Below are positions 39,802 through 48,229 of a DNA stretch of 64,000 bases, piece after piece. Source of the DNA: an uncultured virus (IMG/VR IMGVR_UViG_3300035698_022242) (Duplodnaviria; Heunggongvirae; Uroviricota; Caudoviricetes). The number at the start of each line of letters is the position of its first letter. The stretch's first letter is position 1. Position numbers and translations under genes: made by a program. Under the pieces are notes generated by a model that was not told the DNA's origin, ran no database searches, and saw only the letters and a program-made list of their open reading frames with translations. The DNA lies in IMG/VR virus record IMGVR_UViG_3300035698_022242; one strand, written 5' to 3'.

Positions 39802-41604
39802 TTAATTCCGGCTAATGCCAGAAAGCTTCGGCTTAGGCAACGCCATACTAATCCGCTCGATGTCTTGAGCATGCGCAGTTGCACTCGTTGCAGTTGAGAG
39901 AGGCAAAGACGCCCGAGATGCACGTGCACGCATTTTCGCAGCACGTTCACTACGCACATCTTCTTCCATCTCGTCCATGTCTACTGGCTCGCCAATATCC
40001 ATGTCACCGATTTGCGATTCCAAATCCACAAAAGATTCGTCAGACATGTCCAAGTACTCTTCTGCTTTTTTAAGTGCGGCCTCAAAATGAGGAACTACAG
40101 CACTTGCGAATACTTTTTCAATTACTCGGCCAGGATTTTCCACATCCAAGTCACTCAGCATTTCAAACCAAGCACCTTTTAGTGGATTGTCTTCTAGATT
40201 CTTTTGTTGTGCAGTCAAAGCTAAACGGAAAGCGCGAGCAAATCTTCGACCGAAATCATTAGCATAAGATTCCTTGTTAAAGGATGCTTCCACGTCAGTT
40301 TGGTCAGGCTCAACACGTGCTACCTGCTCTACTTCAACTTGGTCTTCATCAGATCCTAGTTTTTCTGGGAAAGACGGCTTATTGTCATCACCCAATCCTG
40401 GTTTGTTACCTAAGCCGGGCTTATCACCCAATCCAGGTTTGTCGCCCAATCCAGGCTTATCATCTAGGCCAGGCTTTGACTGCATTCCAGGTTTACCATT
40501 TCTTTTCTCATCAATCTTTTGCTTCAGAGCGTCAGGCAATCCTCTACGCTTACGATTCTGCATACCTGGGGGTTGATTATCTTTCTTCCCTGGCAAAACA
40601 TCGTCGCCATCATCGTCGCCATCATCTCCTTCATCTTTATCGAAAAGCGGCTCAGCTGAATACTTTTGCATGGCAGCTTCCATGCCCATCTCAAATACAT
40701 CTTTGATTACTGCTTTAGCAAAAGCTTCTGTGGTAAATTCTTCCGCAGCGTCTGTGTTAGCAATCGTGTAGTACGCATCGTCTGTGTACTTGTCTACCAC
40801 GACCCACGCATCACCAGATGCACTAAGATCCATAGCCATATGAGATGCTTTGAGGCGGTACTGGCCCCAATCTTCAGGCTTGGATTTAATGGTTCCCTTG
40901 GCAGGTGGGGGTACTTGTTGCTTGTATTTCTTGTTCTCTGGGGTGCCGTACTCGAAATCTAGCTCTTCAGCTTTCTTCTCAGTCTTCGCCTGTACTTTAG
41001 CTTGCAACCGAGCTTTGCGAGCCGCACGAAGTGCTGCATTGTTCTTAGCGTTAGGCATTTTTAAATCCTCCTTACGGACTAATCGATTAGTACTGTTCTG
41101 TAAACCGAATTCTCCAGACGAAACTCCAGAAGAATCCTCTTTCTTGACTTCTTCAAGACGTTTTTCAAAATCGGTAGATTCGCCGGATTCACCTTGCATC
41201 ATATTAACTAATGTATTTACCGACGTTGACAAACCTTCTAATTGATCTCCGATGTTTGTAACTTTCTTATCAAGCTCTTCTATCTTCTTTTCTTGTTCTT
41301 TCTTTTCTCGAATTTCTTTCTCAATATCTTGCTCAATCTCTTCTTTAGATTTTTGAGGAGCAGGTGCGCCAGGTGCTCCTGGGGGCATTGGAGGCTTAGG
41401 CATTGCACCTGGCGCAGGAGGTTGCGGTTTAGGCAGGCCACCTGGCATAGGGGCACCACCTGGAGGTGCAGTTACAGGATCTTGTCCGGGAGGTGCAGGA
41501 GCAGCGCCTGGTGCAGACGGCATGGGAGCTTGTTGGGCACGCTTTGCAAACGCAGCGGTCTTTTTTGCTACACGTGTTCGAATGCCCTGTAATGCTTTTG
41601 CCAT
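39802..41604 (-). CDS. Putative scaffolding protein
   Basis: 600 aa, Pro-rich N-terminus, coiled coils, low complexity; between protease and capsid genes. Confidence 0.6.
   Translation of the reverse strand: MAKALQGIRTRVAKKTAAFAKRAQQAPMPSAPGAAPAPPGQDPVTAPPGGAPMPGGLPKPQPPAPGAMPKPPMPPGAPGAPAPQKSKEEIEQDIEKEIREKKEQEKKIEELDKKVTNIGDQLEGLSTSVNTLVNMMQGESGESTDFEKRLEEVKKEDSSGVSSGEFGLQNSTNRLVRKEDLKMPNAKNNAALRAARKARLQAKVQAKTEKKAEELDFEYGTPENKKYKQQVPPPAKGTIKSKPEDWGQYRLKASHMAMDLSASGDAWVVVDKYTDDAYYTIANTDAAEEFTTEAFAKAVIKDVFEMGMEAAMQKYSAEPLFDKDEGDDGDDDGDDVLPGKKDNQPPGMQNRKRRGLPDALKQKIDEKRNGKPGMQSKPGLDDKPGLGDKPGLGDKPGLGNKPGLGDDNKPSFPEKLGSDEDQVEVEQVARVEPDQTDVEASFNKESYANDFGRRFARAFRLALTAQQKNLEDNPLKGAWFEMLSDLDVENPGRVIEKVFASAVVPHFEAALKKAEEYLDMSDESFVDLESQIGDMDIGEPVDMDEMEEDVRSERAAKMRARASRASLPLSTATSATAHAQDIERISMALPKPKLSGISRN
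40375..40500 (-). repeat. 18-bp/6-aa tandem repeat (KPGLGD)
   Basis: KPGMQS-KPGLDD-KPGLGD-KPGLGD-KPGLGN-KPGLGD in scaffold. Confidence 0.85.
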
Positions 41605-41672
41605 GCTAGCTCCTAACTATACCCAATTATGCTGTTAATTAAAAATTTAATTAAACTTTCGTTTAACTTTTA

Positions 41673-42557
41673 TTAAGAAAATAATTGATCAGCTAAACGC
41701 AACATTGCTTCTGGTAACTTTCCTGAATTTGCTGCAAAAAATCTAGCTATTTCATGTTGATCAGAATCACTAACCAATGTCGATAATATCGAAAATGCTG
41801 CACGAAGATCATTAACACTAGCTTTCTTAGCTGCGTATCTTAACAAAGCTTGTGTCGTTGCCTTAGGATCAGCAGGATTTCCAACAGCTGATAACTCCTG
41901 GTATTCAACCCCCTCACAATCCTCATACACAAGCTGCCCATCAATGTGCGACATCTTATAAAATTGGAGATGATTACATAAATTTCTATCACTGGTTGCA
42001 CGTTTATTACAAATACTACAAGTTACCGCTTCGCAAATACACCCCATTGAAAATGAATCTATCTCACCACTAAGTAACCCATTTGCCATAGGTGGATCTT
42101 TTGATGTATCCATAGCAACGAGGGTTAACACATGCTTGTCGTCACGATCACCAGTGACATAATATGCATCAGGAATAAACCCGCGTGCCGTCTTTGGGTC
42201 ATCCGCAGCATGCTCTACATGTAGTGGATCATTACGAAATGTTTGAAATACTAAACAACGATGTGCTGCAGAAAAGCGCATCAATTCATCATGCTTAAAA
42301 TTATCACCATTATTATTAGGTATGTCTGCAGTTACAGCACGAGGAATTGGGAAGATATAATCATTAATATCGTCAGATATGTCATAAACCTTTGATACAG
42401 CCGTCAAGACATCCTTTGATAGGAGATTAAGAGCAGTCTCAATCCCCTCTTGCTCAGTTTTCTTTATATCGTCGTTTTGTGCAGCCAACTTAGAAAAGCG
42501 ACCAGAGGATTGATAAACGCCAACAATAGGTGCCTTAGCTACCTTGTAGAATGCCAT
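41673..42557 (-). CDS. Prohead maturation protease
   Basis: PNNNGDNF, PLHVEH, DSFSMGC, C-x2-C...CNHL, ELSAVGNPADPKA (HK97/herpes-type protease motifs). Confidence 0.85.
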   Translation of the reverse strand: MAFYKVAKAPIVGVYQSSGRFSKLAAQNDDIKKTEQEGIETALNLLSKDVLTAVSKVYDISDDINDYIFPIPRAVTADIPNNNGDNFKHDELMRFSAAHRCLVFQTFRNDPLHVEHAADDPKTARGFIPDAYYVTGDRDDKHVLTLVAMDTSKDPPMANGLLSGEIDSFSMGCICEAVTCSICNKRATSDRNLCNHLQFYKMSHIDGQLVYEDCEGVEYQELSAVGNPADPKATTQALLRYAAKKASVNDLRAAFSILSTLVSDSDQHEIARFFAANSGKLPEAMLRLADQLFS

Positions 42558-42592
42558 AATACTCTCCTGTACATAAAGTAGTAACGAGGAGT

Positions 42593-42625
42593 ATTATACG
42601 GCACTTATTGTATGATTATTTAACT
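42593..42625 (-). promoter_or_regulatory. Putative late promoter AGTTAA-N21-TATAAT
   Basis: Recurring motif with perfect -10 upstream of protease. Confidence 0.5.
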
Positions 42626-42649
42626 GCTGATATGATAAGGACTTACTTC

Positions 42650-42850
42650 TTATGCAGATTCAACCTTTTCTTCATCCTTGCCTTCATCCTTGCCTTCATC
42701 AACATTTTTTTGAGCTTGCTGCTCAGCAGCAGTAACTCCCTGGCCACACTTTCCACAAACTGTCCCGCCACGAGGGATCTTCGCACCACAGCGGCACAAA
42801 ACGTCTTCAATAGGTGCAACACCTGTTTTTTTAAAGCTCATCATTTTCAT
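42650..42850 (-). CDS. Small zinc-ribbon protein
   Basis: CRCG...CGKCG, acidic tail. Confidence 0.5.
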   Translation of the reverse strand: MKMMSFKKTGVAPIEDVLCRCGAKIPRGGTVCGKCGQGVTAAEQQAQKNVDEGKDEGKDEEKVESA

Positions 42851-43619
42851 CCTTTACGCAAAAGCGTTTGTAATCACAGTGAAAACAGTACTTATAATCA
42901 AAATTCTGAGAATATTCACAACCATTTGAAAGCAACTTACGTACATTACTGTACTTTTCCTCCGCTTCTTCCATCATTGCCTCTGATATCTCGTACTCGT
43001 GCCTACCCTTCTTCTTGTCTACTTCCTTAAGATATATATACATACCGCTAACTTTAGCATCTGGGTCTATCTTTTGGCGAACCCAAATACCATATGAAGG
43101 CAACTGGACTGAAGCAAGCTCAGCCTTCTTTGAAGCAACCTGCCCAGACTTATAGTCTACCACACGATAATGGTTTTCACCTAATTTATCTACCCTATCA
43201 GACTTAAGCCAAACAACTGCTCCACCAATAGCAATCTTTGCTAACTTTTCAACACTAAATACATTGGGTGGCTCTTCTAAAGACTTTATGTATTCAATAT
43301 ATTTTTTAAGCATCATTTTAATTTTCTTTACATCATCAGGTTCTAACATTCCTGACTTTAGTTTTTCCTTTACTTTATACGTCGCATATGCTTTTTTAAA
43401 AAAATGTGACGCATCTTTGCGCCAGTTTATCTTACTAGACATGCCGACTTTATGACAGTCCTCTAGTACCTTGTGTGCAATATTCCCAATCACAAAATAC
43501 TTATTATCTTTTTGCTTAAAGGGTTGAGACAGATATGTGTACTTAAACAACCTACGACACCCATAAAACGTATCAATTTTTGTCGGAGATAACGTCAGAG
43601 TTTTTGGGTCTTTAGCCAT
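42831..43619 (-). CDS. PD-(D/E)XK nuclease, Cas4/AddB-like
   Basis: LSPTKIDTFYGC, GNIAHKVLE, SDRVD, VVDYKSG, QLPSY, C-terminal CFHCDYKRFC. Confidence 0.88.
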   Translation of the reverse strand: MAKDPKTLTLSPTKIDTFYGCRRLFKYTYLSQPFKQKDNKYFVIGNIAHKVLEDCHKVGMSSKINWRKDASHFFKKAYATYKVKEKLKSGMLEPDDVKKIKMMLKKYIEYIKSLEEPPNVFSVEKLAKIAIGGAVVWLKSDRVDKLGENHYRVVDYKSGQVASKKAELASVQLPSYGIWVRQKIDPDAKVSGMYIYLKEVDKKKGRHEYEISEAMMEEAEEKYSNVRKLLSNGCEYSQNFDYKYCFHCDYKRFCVKDENDEL

Positions 43620-44227
43620 GCCACCACTCCAATAAATGCTCGGTGTTTACCTGGCAGCGTTGCAAAAGACTTCGTAAGCTTATCAACTACAGGATCTTTG
43701 CGGTATGCCATAAAATAATACGCCGCCGTAGTAAACCGTTTAGCATGCCGTCCTGCAGCTGTACGTGCATTATACCCAATCGGTGCAAGGTGTTGCTCAA
43801 ACAACATATTCATCGCGTACCCACGTACCTCAAAATACGTGCGCCAAGGTGCTGGCAGTGGTGCAGCAAAGATTAAAAAAAGTAAAAACCATAAAGAAAA
43901 AAATGAAAGTAACGCTCCCAAAGCTAATATCTGTGGGAACAAGTATTTAACAGAGAATAACGTATGAGTATCCCTGTCTACCATATGCACATATTCATGT
44001 GAAAGAATTTTAACAGCTTTATGCTTGGATTTCTCTAACCACTCTTTAGACGGGAAATACACAGTATTGCCAATAACAGTAGTATAATTACTCATAAAAT
44101 CTTTATTGAAAAACAAAAGTACACTCATAACCTTCATAAATATGCTTTCATTTTTAAACTTTATTTTTGCACCCTTTATATCCTTTTTGACTACATTATC
44201 AAAAAATTCTTTTAGGATATCAGGCAT
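43595..44227 (-). CDS. HExxH zinc-metallopeptidase-like protein with hydrophobic segment
   Basis: TTVIGNTVYFP...LSHEYVH...FEVRGY; TM-like stretch after HExxH. Confidence 0.65.
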   Translation of the reverse strand: MPDILKEFFDNVVKKDIKGAKIKFKNESIFMKVMSVLLFFNKDFMSNYTTVIGNTVYFPSKEWLEKSKHKAVKILSHEYVHMVDRDTHTLFSVKYLFPQILALGALLSFFSLWFLLFLIFAAPLPAPWRTYFEVRGYAMNMLFEQHLAPIGYNARTAAGRHAKRFTTAAYYFMAYRKDPVVDKLTKSFATLPGKHRAFIGVVAWLKTQKL

Positions 44228-44747
44228 TTTTTGACCCCTTATTGTAGTCAGCTATGCTCGCGATTAATTCGTCTATGGTCATATTACCTCGTAAATATGT
44301 TCTAAAATCCCCCATTTCAATATTAGGACACGTTTTATTCGTATTAGGATCCTCATAATGTCCAAAGACGTCTTCAACAGTAAGCTCTAAGAAATCTAGC
44401 AAACTCCATACAAGAAATTTAGCACGATTTAATTGGGCTGCAGTAAACACATCTACACCAACTAAACAGATACCAATACTTTCCCCATTACGGCCAGCAA
44501 CATGTGCCCCAATCTCATCTGGAGAAAATGTAGGATCATCATCAAAATGTCTTCCAGGCTGTATTTGCCCATCAAGAAATGGGAAGTACTTCACGTCAGG
44601 AAAAGGCCTACCATTCAAAATAATATAATGATACCCTACACCTGACCACCCACGCTTTTTATGCCATTCATCAAATACGAGAACATCACCATACGCGGAG
44701 GCTGAACAATGTATGAATATTTTTTTAACTTTTAATTTTGTAGCCAT
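44220..44747 (-). CDS. N-acetylmuramoyl-L-alanine amidase (T7 lysozyme-like endolysin)
   Basis: IHCSA, WHKKRGWSGVGYHY, IGAHVAGRN, SIGICLVG, GHY, KTCP. Confidence 0.93.
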   Translation of the reverse strand: MATKLKVKKIFIHCSASAYGDVLVFDEWHKKRGWSGVGYHYIILNGRPFPDVKYFPFLDGQIQPGRHFDDDPTFSPDEIGAHVAGRNGESIGICLVGVDVFTAAQLNRAKFLVWSLLDFLELTVEDVFGHYEDPNTNKTCPNIEMGDFRTYLRGNMTIDELIASIADYNKGSKNA

Positions 44748-46696
44748 TATATTTTAAACTCCTTTTCATCTAACAGATCATCAATCCCTTCATCCGTTGT
44801 TTCTTCAAGATACGAACTCAATTCCTCAAATTTTGAATAGAAGTTATTTTCAGAATTCATAGCCAATGCATCATCTACCACTTCTGCTACGTCATCCGCA
44901 TGAATCATGCCTTCTTTATTCGTGTACTCCTCAACACCATCACTGATAGCATCAGAAATCTCGCTAACAACACCAGAGATATGCCGATCACGTAAATATG
45001 GATTATATCCAGCACGCTTTTTACTTACCTCTTTCAAAGCTTTTGAAGCTGGAGGCATACCCGGCGCAGGGGGTTTACCGGGCTTACCTGGAGGGCCTGC
45101 CATAGGAGACTGGGGTGCCTGTTGTCCAGGAATGCCATAAATTTCTGGGTGCTCTTGTTTATACGTGCGTTCCTCAGAAATATTCTTACGCTCAGACTCA
45201 ATGTCTACACCAGCACCCATAGCGTACGTTCTGTCGGAAACAACCCCCCGCTCTTTGAGATCGCGCCAAACATTAAGAATCGCAACGTCCTGCAGTGATT
45301 CTAATGTTTTCTTCCATTTAATCTTAGGAAGAATTAATTCAACTTCGTCTAACGGTTTTTTAATACGTATCCTATGCTCTAGTTCAGCAGGAGTCCGTTT
45401 ATAAAATTCATGAATCTGTGCAATTGGTTTACAAATCTTACGAATCATCCATTGATTTTCAAACATCATACGCAAAGCAAACAGACGTTGTAATAGTGTT
45501 TGCATGCCTACAACACTAGACGCGAACGACGCTTCACCGACAAGGAATGACTTAGAAACACCTAACCCAATAAGCTTAACACGCTCAATAAAGTCCCATT
45601 CTTTGGACAAGGACAGCATACGGTCAGACACACCAACAAGCTCTGCGCTAACGTTATGGTGCATAATGATCGCACCAAGTGGATCTGATTCAGCCATAGA
45701 CAACATTTCTGCGAAAGCTGCCTCATCATCCTCATCCGGCAACCACCCAGTAGTCGGATCACCGAGTTTAAATATTCGAAGCGGTGCAGCATTTCTTTGT
45801 GCAACAGCTAATGCCGCATTCACTAAGAAATCTTCATACATAATAATACGATAAATACGCGAATACAACGAAGTTCCACGTACATCCGTTGACACAGATT
45901 GGCGTGCTAGGAAGGTAGTATTAAGTGGATCTAACGGGACTTCCTTATTCGCACGGAAAGCATTTACTACTTCTTTTGGTAGTATCTTTTGCAATTGGCG
46001 GATTCTAGGATCAGTCGAATTCAACAATCTTTTAATTTCAGGTGTAGGCAACAACCACAGTAATGGTTGTTCCGCGACCAGCCCAATACCTTCCGCTCTA
46101 ACGTAATCTGGATTATGCGGAATTATCCTATTCCAAATACCCCGCGTAGCATCAAACATATTATGTAAAACAAGTTCACCAGAAACAAGATAATCGCGTG
46201 TAAAACCAGTAAGTTTTGGCAAAAGATTTAATTCAGAAAACATATCTTCATAAATATGTTTAATGTGCTTATCATCTATTCCTGCCAAATCAAACTCTGA
46301 CCAAGGAAGTTCAGCGTACATATCTGTAGCTGTGGCTACCGCTGCATCGCGTTTGTACACTTCTCTGAAAATAGAGTTAGCTACCGCTCTATTTTTTGGG
46401 TAATAAAATTTATCAGGAGTAGACCAACGATAATCATAATAAAGCGGAGATTGCGCTAAAGACTGTCCACCACCACGCGACGCACTACCTGCTCCAGCAC
46501 CACCACCAAGGGATCCCATAGACCCACGCCGTACAAGGCCCTTACTACCATGCATAGCAAAAGGTGGACGACGAGGTGCTGGTCCACGATCTAATGATGC
46601 ATCATAAGGCGAAGTAACCGCAGCCCTACGAATATTGGAATGCTCACCAGCAGTTATTATTAATTTTCCATTACGCGCCATTTTTAAGCCTGCCAA
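44747..46696 (-). CDS. Portal protein
   Basis: 649 aa; DMYAELPWSEF, RGTSLYSRI, PLRIFKLG, GLGVSKSFLVGE, LPKIKWK; position downstream of terminase; start may be ATG 46681. Confidence 0.82.
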   Translation of the reverse strand: MAGLKMARNGKLIITAGEHSNIRRAAVTSPYDASLDRGPAPRRPPFAMHGSKGLVRRGSMGSLGGGAGAGSASRGGGQSLAQSPLYYDYRWSTPDKFYYPKNRAVANSIFREVYKRDAAVATATDMYAELPWSEFDLAGIDDKHIKHIYEDMFSELNLLPKLTGFTRDYLVSGELVLHNMFDATRGIWNRIIPHNPDYVRAEGIGLVAEQPLLWLLPTPEIKRLLNSTDPRIRQLQKILPKEVVNAFRANKEVPLDPLNTTFLARQSVSTDVRGTSLYSRIYRIIMYEDFLVNAALAVAQRNAAPLRIFKLGDPTTGWLPDEDDEAAFAEMLSMAESDPLGAIIMHHNVSAELVGVSDRMLSLSKEWDFIERVKLIGLGVSKSFLVGEASFASSVVGMQTLLQRLFALRMMFENQWMIRKICKPIAQIHEFYKRTPAELEHRIRIKKPLDEVELILPKIKWKKTLESLQDVAILNVWRDLKERGVVSDRTYAMGAGVDIESERKNISEERTYKQEHPEIYGIPGQQAPQSPMAGPPGKPGKPPAPGMPPASKALKEVSKKRAGYNPYLRDRHISGVVSEISDAISDGVEEYTNKEGMIHADDVAEVVDDALAMNSENNFYSKFEELSSYLEETTDEGIDDLLDEKEFKI

Positions 46697-46914
46697 AAAA
46701 TATCAGAAGAGGTTAATAAAAGTAACAATTTTTCTTCTAACCTAGTTGGAGCGCATTCTTTACACGTGTGGCACCCAGAATACGGACAAACACCTTTATA
46801 AAACATAACATAGTCAGATACGCCACAAACAGGATTATGTACCCCCGTTGTAGCTACAGACTCGCACGCTATAGAGGTGTCAGACATGCAGACATCCGCA
46901 TGAGAATCAAACAT
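46684..46914 (-). CDS. Small Cys-rich hypothetical protein
   Basis: ORF 46684..46947; ATG 46914 overlaps upstream stop; CPYSGCHTCKEC. Confidence 0.4.
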   Translation of the reverse strand: MFDSHADVCMSDTSIACESVATTGVHNPVCGVSDYVMFYKGVCPYSGCHTCKECAPTRLEEKLLLLLTSSDIFWQA

Positions 46915-47149
46915 TAGATGTGAAGTATTCACTTTCATTAATTGCAATCTTCTTTATCGTTTCGATGTTTACAGCATCACCAAGATTAAATAATGCCTGC
47001 AACGTTGCTTCTCTTGCTTGAGAGTCTGTTAGATTATACTTAGAACGCAGAACTACCATTGCATGACCTAATGGGCCTAAAAACTCAACAGACCCATCTC
47101 CAAGATCTAAAGAGTACATTCTAGAAAACCTATCATAATAAAGCTGCAT
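46907..47149 (-). CDS. Hypothetical protein
   Basis: 80 aa with GGAG RBS. Confidence 0.55.
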   Translation of the reverse strand: MQLYYDRFSRMYSLDLGDGSVEFLGPLGHAMVVLRSKYNLTDSQAREATLQALFNLGDAVNIETIKKIAINESEYFTSNV

Positions 47150-47151
47150 AA

Positions 47152-48219
47152 TTATCTCCGATCCTTACTAGAAAATAATTTTTGTGCAGATTTAATTTGT
47201 ATGTACTCCTGATGCGACGCAACAATCGACGTTACTTCCTCTACTGCGCTGTGCAATACACCTTGTGCAGGCCCATCCCATAAATCATATCTTTTTGCGC
47301 TTGTAACATTTAATACATTACTTGAATTCTTTTTATACTCATCAGGAATAGATTCAACATTATCCACAACATAATCTGAAAAAACTTTTACTAAATTTGC
47401 AATTACAGTAGTACACTCTTCAGGGGTTCCATCATCTAAATCCGCAGCATCTAAATACGCTAAACGAGAATTTGCAAAAGACAACATCTCTGCTAACTTC
47501 TGAAGCCGCGCTTTATCACGCGTTATCGCAGCACTTTTTGTACCGTCGTTTGTGCTTGACACTAGGTCTAAAGCTGCCATCGCGTCTACCACAGTTTTAC
47601 CAACCACACGCATCGAACGCACAAAGTGATCAATAGATGACGTTTGTTCCAACGTAGACAACCCAGCAGAACGTGTCATCTCAGTACGATCTAATTTATT
47701 TAAAATATTTTCCGCATTCTTCTCTAATTCATACGCTTTTGCCAATTTCTTCGATAAGGGTTTATCTACATCCTCTGCCGAGATAACCAACTCAACTGAG
47801 GGAGCATGCGCTTCCTTTTTCGTAGTTCCAACCACACGAACGTGTACGCCTTCACTATCAGCCCGTACAAAACGACACACATATCCATTATTTAAACAAA
47901 CAAGATTTCCAGCGCGCACAGTTGTAAACGGGCCATTATTAAGAATTTCTCGTGCATAACTTTTAGATTCATTCATCGCATATGTGATAGCAGCAGGCGG
48001 ATATTCAGCATCCTCCAACACAGCTTCGATTTCGTCCCAGTTCCACCCCATTGTCCAATATGCGACTGCACTTTGTTTAGCTTCCTCTTTCGTATCTGCC
48101 TCTGATACGATAAGGATATGATCTTGCTTAGCCAACTTTTTGCGCTTATCATCATCTTTAATTGACCCAGAGATATTTCTCGAAAGGTCATCCCAAGCAA
48201 TGCTACCGCTAACTTTCAT
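47152..48219 (-). CDS. Hypothetical protein (possible head-associated)
   Basis: 355 aa, GAGG RBS. Confidence 0.65.
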   Translation of the reverse strand: MKVSGSIAWDDLSRNISGSIKDDDKRKKLAKQDHILIVSEADTKEEAKQSAVAYWTMGWNWDEIEAVLEDAEYPPAAITYAMNESKSYAREILNNGPFTTVRAGNLVCLNNGYVCRFVRADSEGVHVRVVGTTKKEAHAPSVELVISAEDVDKPLSKKLAKAYELEKNAENILNKLDRTEMTRSAGLSTLEQTSSIDHFVRSMRVVGKTVVDAMAALDLVSSTNDGTKSAAITRDKARLQKLAEMLSFANSRLAYLDAADLDDGTPEECTTVIANLVKVFSDYVVDNVESIPDEYKKNSSNVLNVTSAKRYDLWDGPAQGVLHSAVEEVTSIVASHQEYIQIKSAQKLFSSKDRR

Positions 48220-48229
48220 AGCTACCTCA

